A DNA stretch of 64,000 nucleotides, taken from the NCBI GenBank assembly GCA_001770205.1, contig MEQL01000057.1, forward strand, positions 1 to 64,000, written 5' to 3'. The notes below the pieces were generated by a model. It did no database searches, was not told the DNA's origin, and saw only the letters and a program-made list of their open reading frames with translations. A program made the position numbers and the translations under genes. Source of the stretch: Bdellovibrionales bacterium RIFOXYD12_FULL_39_22. Lineage in GTDB: Bacteria; Bdellovibrionota; Bacteriovoracia; Bacteriovoracales; Bacteriovoracaceae. Positions 29,325 to 38,650 of this stretch are shown here, in pieces (positions within the stretch are counted from its first letter, which is position 1; every line of letters begins with the position of its first letter).

Positions 29325-32300
29325 TTACTCTTGATTTGATAAATCCGGTAGATCTGTTTCTTGGATCTCCTGCAAAACCGTTCCGTCTTCTTCTTCCTCA
29401 TTAGCGGTCAGAGGTGTCTCTGTGGCCGGTGCGACATTTGAATCTAAAAAAGTACTTATATTATCTTGATAAAACTTTTTCTCAAATTCTCTAAATTTGC
29501 GATAATTTTCTGGCGTACCAAAAAGTTCCTCTATTTGCGACGCAAATTCAGATTCAATTATACGCATTTTTTCTATGCCTTCCTTTTCAAACCCCGGATT
29601 GATAACGTAGCTTGCATCAATCATTTGATTAATCATTTTTGTCTCGAAGGAAATATACTCAACAATAACCGAATCACTAAGCTCTAATTCCTCAACGATA
29701 AATTTATTAAGAGCTATTACCCAAATATTTTGTAATTCTATACTTTGCTTAACATCTTTATAAAATTTCAGATATAGAACATTGTCTGTATATGTGTCTC
29801 GATAACTCATGTTTTGTTCTGGATTAAACTTCGGCCTATTTTCCTGGGCATGATTAAATTCTTGCATAAAAATATCGTTGGCGGTCTTTGTAGGCCTAAT
29901 ACTCTCCGCTAACTTATCAACAATGTTTGAGTAAAAATGTGGATAGATGGATGCGGTAACTATAAAAAGTAATATGGCAAAAATTGTTATTCCTAACTGC
30001 ACCCAATATTTAATAATTTTCTGCTTAGACTTAGGACGAAAGTGAATAACATCCGTCAACGCTTTTGCTTTGTTGGGATTATCCCCAGACATAATTGTTC
30101 TAACGATATTTTTCAGATCAATCATCATCTCATCTAAATAGGCATTTCTATCTCTTTGCCGAAATAATTCAACAATGCGCGTGCGCAACAATATTTCTAA
30201 GTTTTTTGCTAGAGAATCGACTTCCTCTTTCTTGGCCTGCGCAATCTTGCGCTCTTCCTTGGCCTTAAACTCTTTGAGTTGATCCAATATGTGCATTTTC
30301 TCTAGCGCCAATTGCTTTTCGTCATCTTTTTTGCGTTGATTATACTCATTCTCAGCATTGCTTTTTAAGGTGGTGCAATAGGCCTGTGCACTATTGGCCT
30401 GCGTCTTAATTTTTTGATCTGACTCTTGCCTTTGTTGTGCAAGTTCCTCTTCTGTCTCCTTGCGCAATCTTGCCATTTCTGCAGAAACGGCCTCTCGATA
30501 TTTGTCCGCATCGGCAACACTCTTGGAGGCCTCCGCTTTGAGCTGCTCAATCTCTATCGACACCGCTTGACGTTCTGCCTCTTTTTGTGCTTGCCACTCT
30601 TGCTCTGATTGTTTACGTACCGCTCCTATTTGCTCTAACATCTCCTCTTTTTGTTTTTTAATCGCTAGTATATCGGCATCCAAATGTTTACGTTGCTCGG
30701 CCATCAACTTGGAATTAGTTTCTAGTTGCGCGGCCTGCTCCTGAACTTGTCGGGCCTGCTCAACCATATCCCCTAATTTTATGATCGTTGTATCTAAATG
30801 CTCTTTCTCTACGAAAAGGGCCTTGACGGTATTTTCTATTTCCTGCTTACTGCTTTCTTGCTTTTTAGTTTCATTTCTTATTTGTTGCAACGTATCTTGA
30901 GACCGTGACTTTTCTAATTCAAAGCGTTCAAAAAATTTCTGCCTACTTGCCAAGGCCTCATTCAACTCTTGAGTATTTTTTTGCTTGAGGGAGTTAATCT
31001 CTGCAATTTTTTCTAGCAACTTAAATTGTTCTGTTTGTTGCGTTTTCTGGGATGACTCCAAAGCAGATATCTCGCTTGAGAGTTTACCAATTATCCCCTT
31101 CTTCTCTTCTTCGTGTACCTTTAGCTGTTCTATTCGGGACTGTAATTGCTTATACTCTTGTTCTATTTTACCCTTCTCTTGCAATTTATCTTTAATGCTC
31201 AAATCTAACTGCGTAACTTGTTCGTATCGAGAACGTATTACACTATCGATCTGAGCTAGTTCACTCTTTTTTTGTCGCAAAAGCTCTTCGCTGCTAGCAA
31301 GCTGCTGTCCTATTTGGCCGAGACGTTCGCTGCCCGCTTGCACACTATTTTTTGTCTGCTCCAATTCTACTGCTAAATTTACAATTGCTGTTCTAGTTCG
31401 CTCTTCTTCTGATTTTAATTCCCCTACCGTGGAGCGCTGGCCGGCGATCATCTCCTCAAATTTTTTTGCCTCATTTTGCAGTTGGCCCAATTCCTTTCTA
31501 TGCCCATCAATGGTGGCAAGTAAATGGGCCTTGGACTGATCGGCCTCTTGCAGTTGCTGTCGCCGTAGATCCAACTCTTTGGCAACCATATTCATGCTTA
31601 AAGTAGATTCCTCAATTACTCCTTTTTTATATTTAATCTCCTCATCGCTTTCGTTTATTTTGCTTTTTAACTCCACTTCTTGCTGCAACAATTCATTAAT
31701 CTTACCATTGCAACTTTTGATGGATTCTTCAGCTAGTGAAATTTGCTTATTTAATTCTTCGATTTTGGCCAAATGATCACGCACAATAGCATCGTTTTCT
31801 TCTACTGTTTTTTGCCGTAACAGCACTAATCCTTCAATATCAGTTTCATACTGCATCTTCTCTATTTTGCTTTTTTGCGTCTCCTTGATAACCTCTTTTT
31901 TTAAAAGTTTAGCGGACTCAATTTCTGCGGCAAGATTTTGCATGCCTAAGCGATGGCCCTCTTTTTCCTGTTCTACTTCTTGCAATAATTTATTTCTATA
32001 CTCTCTAACCTCGAAAGCAACGGCCTCTTTTAACTTTTCGGCCTCTGCAATGATATTTTGCTGTGCCTCTTTTAATTGCTCAATTTTTGCCAACTCTTCT
32101 GTTTGTTGTGTGCCTAATTCCGCCAGTTTTGACTGAAATTGAAGGGCCTTTCCTTCGTGTTCTGTAAGTTCTCGCTCCTTTTCTTCTTTTAGCTCTATCA
32201 ACTCAATGATCTCAGTATTTATCTTAGCAACTTCCTCATCCTTTTGCTGTTTCAAATGCGTTATCTGCTTAATACGATCGAGAAGTCCCTCTTTTTGATT

Positions 32301-33461
32301 CTCAAAACCAGCAACCTCTTTTTGCTCCTCTGCTACTTTTGCCTCTAACGCTTTTTGGGCCGCTTCCAATTCTAGATTTTTCTGATTCTTGGCGTTAATA
32401 AGCTCGGCCAAATCTCGTTCTAAATTCTGCTTTTGATTCAACAACTCTTTTTCCTGCGCGGCCTTTCTATCGCGCAATTGTAAAAAACTTGTTTCAAAAT
32501 CAACTTTTTGCTTTTCTAGTTTTACAATTTCTTGTTGCACGATTTGCTGGGTACTCTGTAATTCCTCGAGTATTTTATGTTTTCCGGCCCGCTCCTTCTC
32601 TAATTGGGCAACCTCACCTTGAAGCCCTTGAAGTTTTTGTTCTACTTCTTCAATTTGTCGGCCGGCCTTGCGGCGACCTAATTCCCAATTTTGCATCTCC
32701 TCTTGCGTACGATTGATTTTACTCTTTAGATTTTCTAGCTCGACATCCATCTCAATCTTTTTGTTTTTAAATTCACCATCCAAGCGCTCCCGCTCGCTTT
32801 GTAACTGCAACAACTGTGCAGTGTAGCTTTGTTCTCGGGCCTTAAAATCTTGCTCAATACTAGATAAATTTTGCAACAATTCACTTTTCTGAGTTAGATA
32901 AAAATCAACTTCCGCCTTGCTTTTTTCTTTCTGCTCTCCTAATTTTGCTAATTCATCAGAAAGCTCTTTTAATTTTTTCTTATACTCTTCATCCTCTTCT
33001 GGTACTAATTTCATCACCGGAATGGCCGGAATTTCTGGAAGAGTTTTGCTAAACTCGGGAATAATTTCCTGCGTTCTTCCCTCTAATGCAACTGTATTGG
33101 GAAGAGGAATAGTACCAATTACGCTTCCTAATTCAATCTTTTCGTTTTTTCCACCTTCAATCAATTCCAACATCAAACGAGTCTGTGAATTGGCCAAACG
33201 AATAATCGATCCGCTGCTATATTTATAACTTTTCTGCGGGGCCAATTTTTGCCCATTCACAAATGTTCCGTTGGAAGAACCATTATCCGTTAACCATATT
33301 ACATTCCCATCAACGCGCACTCCAAGATGATTGCGACTAATACCTGACTCGTCTAAAATCAAAGTATCTTTCTGAGAACGGCCAACCGAAAAATTGACAG
33401 AATCAATTACATCCGTAGATATAACATCTCCTACAATTTTTTTGATTTTAAATGCGCTCAG
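29325..33461 (-). CDS. FHA domain + ~950-aa coiled coil + TM + C-terminal extracytoplasmic domain
   Basis: FHA motifs GR, SRNH, SSNGTFVNG; the GR lies upstream of the track's TTG, so the start is extended to CTG 33461 behind GAGGGG; TM YWVQLGITIFAILLFIVTASIY. Confidence 0.85.
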   Translation of the reverse strand: MSAFKIKKIVGDVISTDVIDSVNFSVGRSQKDTLILDESGISRNHLGVRVDGNVIWLTDNGSSNGTFVNGQKLAPQKSYKYSSGSIIRLANSQTRLMLELIEGGKNEKIELGSVIGTIPLPNTVALEGRTQEIIPEFSKTLPEIPAIPVMKLVPEEDEEYKKKLKELSDELAKLGEQKEKSKAEVDFYLTQKSELLQNLSSIEQDFKAREQSYTAQLLQLQSERERLDGEFKNKKIEMDVELENLKSKINRTQEEMQNWELGRRKAGRQIEEVEQKLQGLQGEVAQLEKERAGKHKILEELQSTQQIVQQEIVKLEKQKVDFETSFLQLRDRKAAQEKELLNQKQNLERDLAELINAKNQKNLELEAAQKALEAKVAEEQKEVAGFENQKEGLLDRIKQITHLKQQKDEEVAKINTEIIELIELKEEKERELTEHEGKALQFQSKLAELGTQQTEELAKIEQLKEAQQNIIAEAEKLKEAVAFEVREYRNKLLQEVEQEKEGHRLGMQNLAAEIESAKLLKKEVIKETQKSKIEKMQYETDIEGLVLLRQKTVEENDAIVRDHLAKIEELNKQISLAEESIKSCNGKINELLQQEVELKSKINESDEEIKYKKGVIEESTLSMNMVAKELDLRRQQLQEADQSKAHLLATIDGHRKELGQLQNEAKKFEEMIAGQRSTVGELKSEEERTRTAIVNLAVELEQTKNSVQAGSERLGQIGQQLASSEELLRQKKSELAQIDSVIRSRYEQVTQLDLSIKDKLQEKGKIEQEYKQLQSRIEQLKVHEEEKKGIIGKLSSEISALESSQKTQQTEQFKLLEKIAEINSLKQKNTQELNEALASRQKFFERFELEKSRSQDTLQQIRNETKKQESSKQEIENTVKALFVEKEHLDTTIIKLGDMVEQARQVQEQAAQLETNSKLMAEQRKHLDADILAIKKQKEEMLEQIGAVRKQSEQEWQAQKEAERQAVSIEIEQLKAEASKSVADADKYREAVSAEMARLRKETEEELAQQRQESDQKIKTQANSAQAYCTTLKSNAENEYNQRKKDDEKQLALEKMHILDQLKEFKAKEERKIAQAKKEEVDSLAKNLEILLRTRIVELFRQRDRNAYLDEMMIDLKNIVRTIMSGDNPNKAKALTDVIHFRPKSKQKIIKYWVQLGITIFAILLFIVTASIYPHFYSNIVDKLAESIRPTKTANDIFMQEFNHAQENRPKFNPEQNMSYRDTYTDNVLYLKFYKDVKQSIELQNIWVIALNKFIVEELELSDSVIVEYISFETKMINQMIDASYVINPGFEKEGIEKMRIIESEFASQIEELFGTPENYRKFREFEKKFYQDNISTFLDSNVAPATETPLTANEEEEDGTVLQEIQETDLPDLSNQE

Positions 33462-33561
33462 ATATTTCCCCTCTATAGCGGTTAAAAAATGGCCATGTAG
33501 TTTATCGGTGAAAATTGAGATATTCTTAGCGAGACAAGTAATTTTTTATTATGTGAGAAAA

Positions 33562-34002
33562 TTAGTCAACAACGTGAGGATGTAGTTCTAATTTAAGCGC
33601 TTCAAGTGCATGATTTATGTCTCTAATGAAAAATATAAGTGAAGCACTCAAGCAAAACATTGCCCCCACAAAAACAGTTGCAATCGGCCATGCCAGTTGT
33701 AACTCAAATAGAGCGGCCGAGAAAATTAATATGATAAGCAATGCCGCGCAGAGAGCAGAAGTGGCGGCAAGTAAAATGGCCAAGCGCAAAATCTGGGCCC
33801 GCTTCCATAAAATTTCTACTTCTGCCTCAATATGTTTTTGATGAGGGGCCGGACCTGTGGCCAATATTCTGGCCCGATCAATAGCTCGCCCTAAGCGATT
33901 CGTCATCGTTAAAAGTAACAATCCCACCCCAGAAATAAGAATCACCGGGCCAATTGCCGTTTGTAACATGGGAATAAGTTCAAGGTTGGAGATATTCATC
34001 AC
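33562..34002 (-). CDS. DUF2721-like membrane protein
   Basis: AIGPVILISGVGLLLLTMTNRLGRAIDRAR signature, three TMs. Confidence 0.82.
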   Translation of the reverse strand: MMNISNLELIPMLQTAIGPVILISGVGLLLLTMTNRLGRAIDRARILATGPAPHQKHIEAEVEILWKRAQILRLAILLAATSALCAALLIILIFSAALFELQLAWPIATVFVGAMFCLSASLIFFIRDINHALEALKLELHPHVVD

Positions 34003-34122
34003 AATAGAATTCTACGTTCTTCTGTAGATAAATAGCAAGTACAACTTAATTTACAAAAACAAGAAAGTGGAAGAAAATTAAAAATCAGACCATTTAACAA
34101 AATCATTAAGGAGTTCTAGGAT

Positions 34123-35133
34123 ATGAAAAAAGCAATTGTTGGCATATTGGCACTTATTTTTTGCTTTAATTTAACCACTGCTACCGCAAGTGATAAAAAT
34201 TTAAAAATCTCGATGGTAACAGATGTTGGTGGTGTGCATGATCAATCTTTTAATCAATCCGCCTGGGAAGGCCTGACGCGAGTAAAAAATGAGTTGGGCG
34301 TAAAAGTTGGTTACCAAGAATCCAAACAAGATGCCGACTATGACTCCAATCTGGAAACGCTGCTTGACGGCAACAACGATCTGATCTGGGGAATTGGCTT
34401 TAAGATGGCCGACTCCATTTTAAAATCTGCTAAGCAAAATCCCAAGCAAAAATATGCCATCATAGACTACTCTTTCGGCAACACAACTCCTCCCAACGTG
34501 GTGGGCGTTATGTTTCAAGCAGAAGAAGCATCCTTTTTGGCCGGATATATCGCCGGCAAGATGAGCAAATCAAATGCTGTAGGGTTTGTCGGCGGAATGA
34601 GTGTGCCGATCATTCACTCCTTCCAATATGGTTTTAAGGCCGGTTTTAAATACGCCAACCCCAATGGAAAAATTTTTGAGCAATATGCAGAATCCTTCAC
34701 TGATGCCGCCAAAGGCAAGGCCATTACCACCCAAATGCTCAATCAAGGAGTTGATGTTGTCTTCCACGCGGCCGGGGCAGTAGGCGACGGCGTGATTGAG
34801 GCCTGCAAAGAAAAGAAAAAAATGGCCATTGGCGTTGATCGCGATCAAAACTATATGGCCCCCGACACAGTAATAACTTCGGCCATGAAGCGAGTTGATA
34901 ATGCTATTTTTAACATCAGCAAAGACTTCCTCGCGGGAATTTACAAAGGTGGAACTACCGTCAACTACGGACTGCAAGATGGTGGAGTTGATCTTGCCCC
35001 TACAACCAGCAAATTGGTACCAGAGAAAATTTTAAAAGAGCTAGAGGCCATTCGCCAAAAAATAAAAGAAAAAACCTTAATCCCTCCGGCAACTCCCGAG
35101 GCATTCTCTACGATGTTTAAGGAAAAAAAATAG
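34123..35133 (+). CDS. BMP-family nucleoside ABC transporter substrate-binding protein
   Basis: GGVHDQSFNQSAWEG, FLAGYIA, IGVDRDQ, TSAMKRVD. Confidence 0.95.
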   Translation: MKKAIVGILALIFCFNLTTATASDKNLKISMVTDVGGVHDQSFNQSAWEGLTRVKNELGVKVGYQESKQDADYDSNLETLLDGNNDLIWGIGFKMADSILKSAKQNPKQKYAIIDYSFGNTTPPNVVGVMFQAEEASFLAGYIAGKMSKSNAVGFVGGMSVPIIHSFQYGFKAGFKYANPNGKIFEQYAESFTDAAKGKAITTQMLNQGVDVVFHAAGAVGDGVIEACKEKKKMAIGVDRDQNYMAPDTVITSAMKRVDNAIFNISKDFLAGIYKGGTTVNYGLQDGGVDLAPTTSKLVPEKILKELEAIRQKIKEKTLIPPATPEAFSTMFKEKK

Positions 35134-35138
35134 TCATC

Positions 35139-36659
35139 ATGAGTGAAGTTATTGTTGAACTAAAAAATATCACCAAGCGCTTTGGTAGCTTTTTGGCCAA
35201 TGACAATCTCTCGCTTTCGATAAAAAAAGGCGAGATCCATGCTTTACTTGGAGAAAATGGCGCAGGCAAATCAACTCTAATGAATATCCTCTATGGCCTT
35301 GTTAGTCCCACCTCTGGAGAAATTTTTTTACACGGCAAAAAGGTAGAAATTAAAAATTCACTACAGGCCATCTCTTTAGGGATCGGTATGGTGCACCAGC
35401 ACTTCATGCTCATTGAAACATTCACGGTTACAGAAAATATTGTCTTAGGCCGTGAGACCTCGCGCTATGGCCTACTTTTAGATCTACCACAGGCCGAACA
35501 TGCCATCCAAAAAATCTCTGCTGAATTTGGTCCGGCGGTTAATCCTCGTGCCAAAATCTCGGAAATTTCGGTGGGAATGCAGCAGCGAGTAGAAATTATC
35601 AAGGCACTCTATCATCAAGCAGAAATTTTAATTTTAGATGAACCCACGGCCGTTCTTACTCCTTTAGAGATTGAAGAGTTTGGAAAAATTATTAAACGAC
35701 TCTCTTCGCTGGGAAAAACGATCATTATAATCACTCACAAATTAAAAGAAATAAAAGCCTTGGCCGATCGTTGCACCATTATTTGCAAAGGGAAGTTGGT
35801 TGATACCGTAGAAGTGGCACAAACGTCTGAACAAGAATTGGCCTACAAAATGGTCGGCCGCAAAGTTGAGTTTAAATTTAATAAAACACCACCATCTTCA
35901 CAAAAAAAAATACTTTCTTTACAAAACATTGTAGCACTCAACAAGCGAGGCCTTCCGGCCCTCCAAAACTTGTCAATAGAACTATACACTGGTGAAATCC
36001 TGGGCATCGCAGGAATTGATGGAAACGGGCAAAGCGAACTAGCAGAAATATTGACAGGACTGCGAGCGATTGAAAGTGGCAAAATAGAAAAAAATGGTGA
36101 AGATATAACTAATAAATCTCCCGCTAATCTCTTTCTAAAAAAAATTTCTTCTATTCCAGAAGATCGACAAAAACGTGGACTAGTACTAGATTTTTCCGTT
36201 GCGGAAAATATGATCTTACAAACTCATCACCTTCCGCCTTTTTCACGCCTGGGTTTTTTGCAAAAAGATCAAATAGAAAAGCATGCCTTGCAGCTAATTG
36301 AGCGTTTCGATGTTCGGCCTCCACAAGCTGACGGTCTGACATCTGCACTCTCCGGCGGCAACCAACAAAAAGTTATCATTGCCCGAGAATTGTCACATGA
36401 TCCTGATATTTTAATTGCGGTACAACCTACTCGTGGACTAGATGTCGGGGCCATTGAGTATGTTCACCGAGCACTGATAGCTCTACGCTCTCAAGGCAAA
36501 GCAATTCTCTTAATCTCTTTGGAGTTAGATGAAATCATAAATCTCTCTGACAAAATCGCCGTTATTTTTGATGGTAAAATTGTGGCCAACATGGATGCAC
36601 TCGACGCTGATGAAAAAAAGATAGGCCTTCTTATGGCCGGAGGATCTCTTCATGCCTAA
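35139..36659 (+). CDS. Nucleoside/sugar ABC transporter ATPase
   Basis: GENGAGKS, LDEPTAVL, LSGGNQQK, QPTRGLDVGA. Confidence 0.96.
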   Translation: MSEVIVELKNITKRFGSFLANDNLSLSIKKGEIHALLGENGAGKSTLMNILYGLVSPTSGEIFLHGKKVEIKNSLQAISLGIGMVHQHFMLIETFTVTENIVLGRETSRYGLLLDLPQAEHAIQKISAEFGPAVNPRAKISEISVGMQQRVEIIKALYHQAEILILDEPTAVLTPLEIEEFGKIIKRLSSLGKTIIIITHKLKEIKALADRCTIICKGKLVDTVEVAQTSEQELAYKMVGRKVEFKFNKTPPSSQKKILSLQNIVALNKRGLPALQNLSIELYTGEILGIAGIDGNGQSELAEILTGLRAIESGKIEKNGEDITNKSPANLFLKKISSIPEDRQKRGLVLDFSVAENMILQTHHLPPFSRLGFLQKDQIEKHALQLIERFDVRPPQADGLTSALSGGNQQKVIIARELSHDPDILIAVQPTRGLDVGAIEYVHRALIALRSQGKAILLISLELDEIINLSDKIAVIFDGKIVANMDALDADEKKIGLLMAGGSLHA

Positions 36660-37761
36660 CTCCTCATATGAAAAATTGACCGCAACCTTTTTTTCCATTG
36701 TGGCCGGCATCTTGGTTGGCGGCCTTGTTTTAAAGATTGCCGGCCTCCCAGTCGGCGAGGCCTATCTGGTAATGTTCAACTCCATGTTTAGTCGAGCAAA
36801 CTACGTAGCACATATCATAGTAAAATCTACCCCTCTCATTCTCACCGGCCTCTCGGTGGCCTTTGCCTTTCGCACTGGACTTTTTAATATTGGTGCCGAA
36901 GGACAATTTATCATAGGTGCCACCACTGCCGCCCTGGCCGGATATTTCCTCGATCTCCATCCTCTTCTTGAAATACCTCTGGTACTGCTACTGGCCGTTT
37001 TTGTTTCCGCACTATGGGGTGGCATTGCGGGCCTGTTGAAAGCACACTTTGCAGTACACGAAGTAATCTCCACCATCATGCTAAACTGGACGGCCTTCTA
37101 TTTACAAAATTATTTGGTGATGTTGGAAGGTTTTCGTCGGCCCAATAGCGAGGCCAGCAACTCAATAAATGTCTCCGCCTCTTTAACTTTTTTTGAGAAC
37201 TGGAAATACTCCGATGCAGGCATTTTATGGTTGGAAAAGCATCCACTGCTTGCAGATTTTTTACGCGCCCCCGTTAACGGTGGAATTATTATCGCTCTTT
37301 TAGCGGCCATCTTCTGCTATATCATTTTGCACAAAACTTCTCTGGGATTTTCTCTGCGGGCCGTAGGACACAATGCTGATGCTGCCGAATATGGAGGAAT
37401 TAAAGTAAAACAAAAGATGACAACCTCTATGCTTATTGCAGGTGCTTTGGCCGGGGCGGCCGGTGCCACTCACGTTATGGGTGTCTCTCGTAACATTGCT
37501 ATTTTGGCCAGTATGGAAGGGTATGGATTTGATGGAATTGCGGTGGCACTCATTGGAGGATCTGGGGCCTGGGGGCCCATCTTGGCCGGATTATTTTTTG
37601 GTGCTCTCAAATATAGCGGAAGCAAATTACAGGCCGCCCTTGAGGCACCTTCGGAAGTTATCTACATTATGATTGGCGTCATTGTTTTTTTTACGGCCAT
37701 GCCAAAACTATTTGGCAAAATTAGCGATTTGATAAAGAAAAGGAGGGCCCATGCTCGATAG
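36652..37761 (+). CDS. Nucleoside ABC permease
   Basis: GLFNIGAEGQ, EVISTIMLN, GFDGIAVAL. Confidence 0.94.
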   Translation: MPNSSYEKLTATFFSIVAGILVGGLVLKIAGLPVGEAYLVMFNSMFSRANYVAHIIVKSTPLILTGLSVAFAFRTGLFNIGAEGQFIIGATTAALAGYFLDLHPLLEIPLVLLLAVFVSALWGGIAGLLKAHFAVHEVISTIMLNWTAFYLQNYLVMLEGFRRPNSEASNSINVSASLTFFENWKYSDAGILWLEKHPLLADFLRAPVNGGIIIALLAAIFCYIILHKTSLGFSLRAVGHNADAAEYGGIKVKQKMTTSMLIAGALAGAAGATHVMGVSRNIAILASMEGYGFDGIAVALIGGSGAWGPILAGLFFGALKYSGSKLQAALEAPSEVIYIMIGVIVFFTAMPKLFGKISDLIKKRRAHAR

Positions 37762-38641
37762 CATCCTCTTTATTTTAAGCACTACCTTAATGTATTCGGC
37801 ACCACTAATTTTTGCGGCGATCGGGGGAGTACTTTCTGAAAATACGGGCGTTGTTAATATTGGACTAGAGGGCATGATGGCCTTTGGTGCTTTTGTGGGA
37901 GCAGCAACTACCTCTCTTTGTGGCAATCCCTGGATCGGTCTAGGTGCCGCCGGCATGGCCGGATTATTGCTGGCCCTTTTGCATGCCTGGGCATCCATTC
38001 ATATGGCCGCAAATCAAGTGGTGTCAGGGATTGCTATCAATTTTTTAGGAACAGGCCTTTCCGTCTTTGCCTGTCGCATTTTATTTGAAGGCAGCACGAT
38101 GACACCGCCCATTCCTCTGGAAAATAAAATTCCCCCTCTCTTTTTTGGCCAATACGCTACCGTCTACTTGGCCTTGGGACTCGTTTTTTTCACTCATATT
38201 TTTCTTTATAAAACCATCTGGGGCCCTCGCTGGCGCGCAGTTGGCGAGCACCCGAAGGCGGCAGAGAGTGTCGGAATTAACGTTTACCAAATTCGTTATC
38301 TGGCCGTGTTGGCCTCTGGATTTTGCGCCGGCCTAGGCGGAGCTTCCCTGAGTATTGCAGTAGTCTCTAGTTTTCGCCCCACTCTAATTGCCGGACAAGG
38401 TTTCATTGCGCTAGCAGCAGTAATCTTTGGCCGCTGGCGTCCGATGGGTGCGATGTGGGCGGCCTTGCTCTTTGGTGCTTCACAGGCGTTAGTCGTTTTT
38501 GTGGGGGGACAGGCGGCCATTGAAATTTCCTCGCAAATTCTATCCATGCTCCCCTATCTTTTAACACTGCTTATTTTGGTCTTTATGAATAAAAAAAGTG
38601 CCGCCCCCAAGGCCAATGGGATCTCTTATCAGCGCAACTAG
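37751..38641 (+). CDS. Nucleoside ABC permease
   Basis: GVVNIGLEGMM, GEHPKAA, GQGFIALAA. Confidence 0.94.
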   Translation: MLDSILFILSTTLMYSAPLIFAAIGGVLSENTGVVNIGLEGMMAFGAFVGAATTSLCGNPWIGLGAAGMAGLLLALLHAWASIHMAANQVVSGIAINFLGTGLSVFACRILFEGSTMTPPIPLENKIPPLFFGQYATVYLALGLVFFTHIFLYKTIWGPRWRAVGEHPKAAESVGINVYQIRYLAVLASGFCAGLGGASLSIAVVSSFRPTLIAGQGFIALAAVIFGRWRPMGAMWAALLFGASQALVVFVGGQAAIEISSQILSMLPYLLTLLILVFMNKKSAAPKANGISYQRN

Positions 38642-38650
38642 CCTTCCATT

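Noticed and set aside
29312..29401. 5' extension of the first amidase ORF
   Set aside because: Overlaps the FHA gene; the signal peptide starts at 29311
29325..33461. SMC/Rad50 or phage tape-measure protein
   Set aside because: No Walker motifs or hinge, and no phage genes nearby
34003..34122. Purine riboswitch before the nucleoside ABC operon
   Set aside because: Short AT-rich spacer without the conserved core
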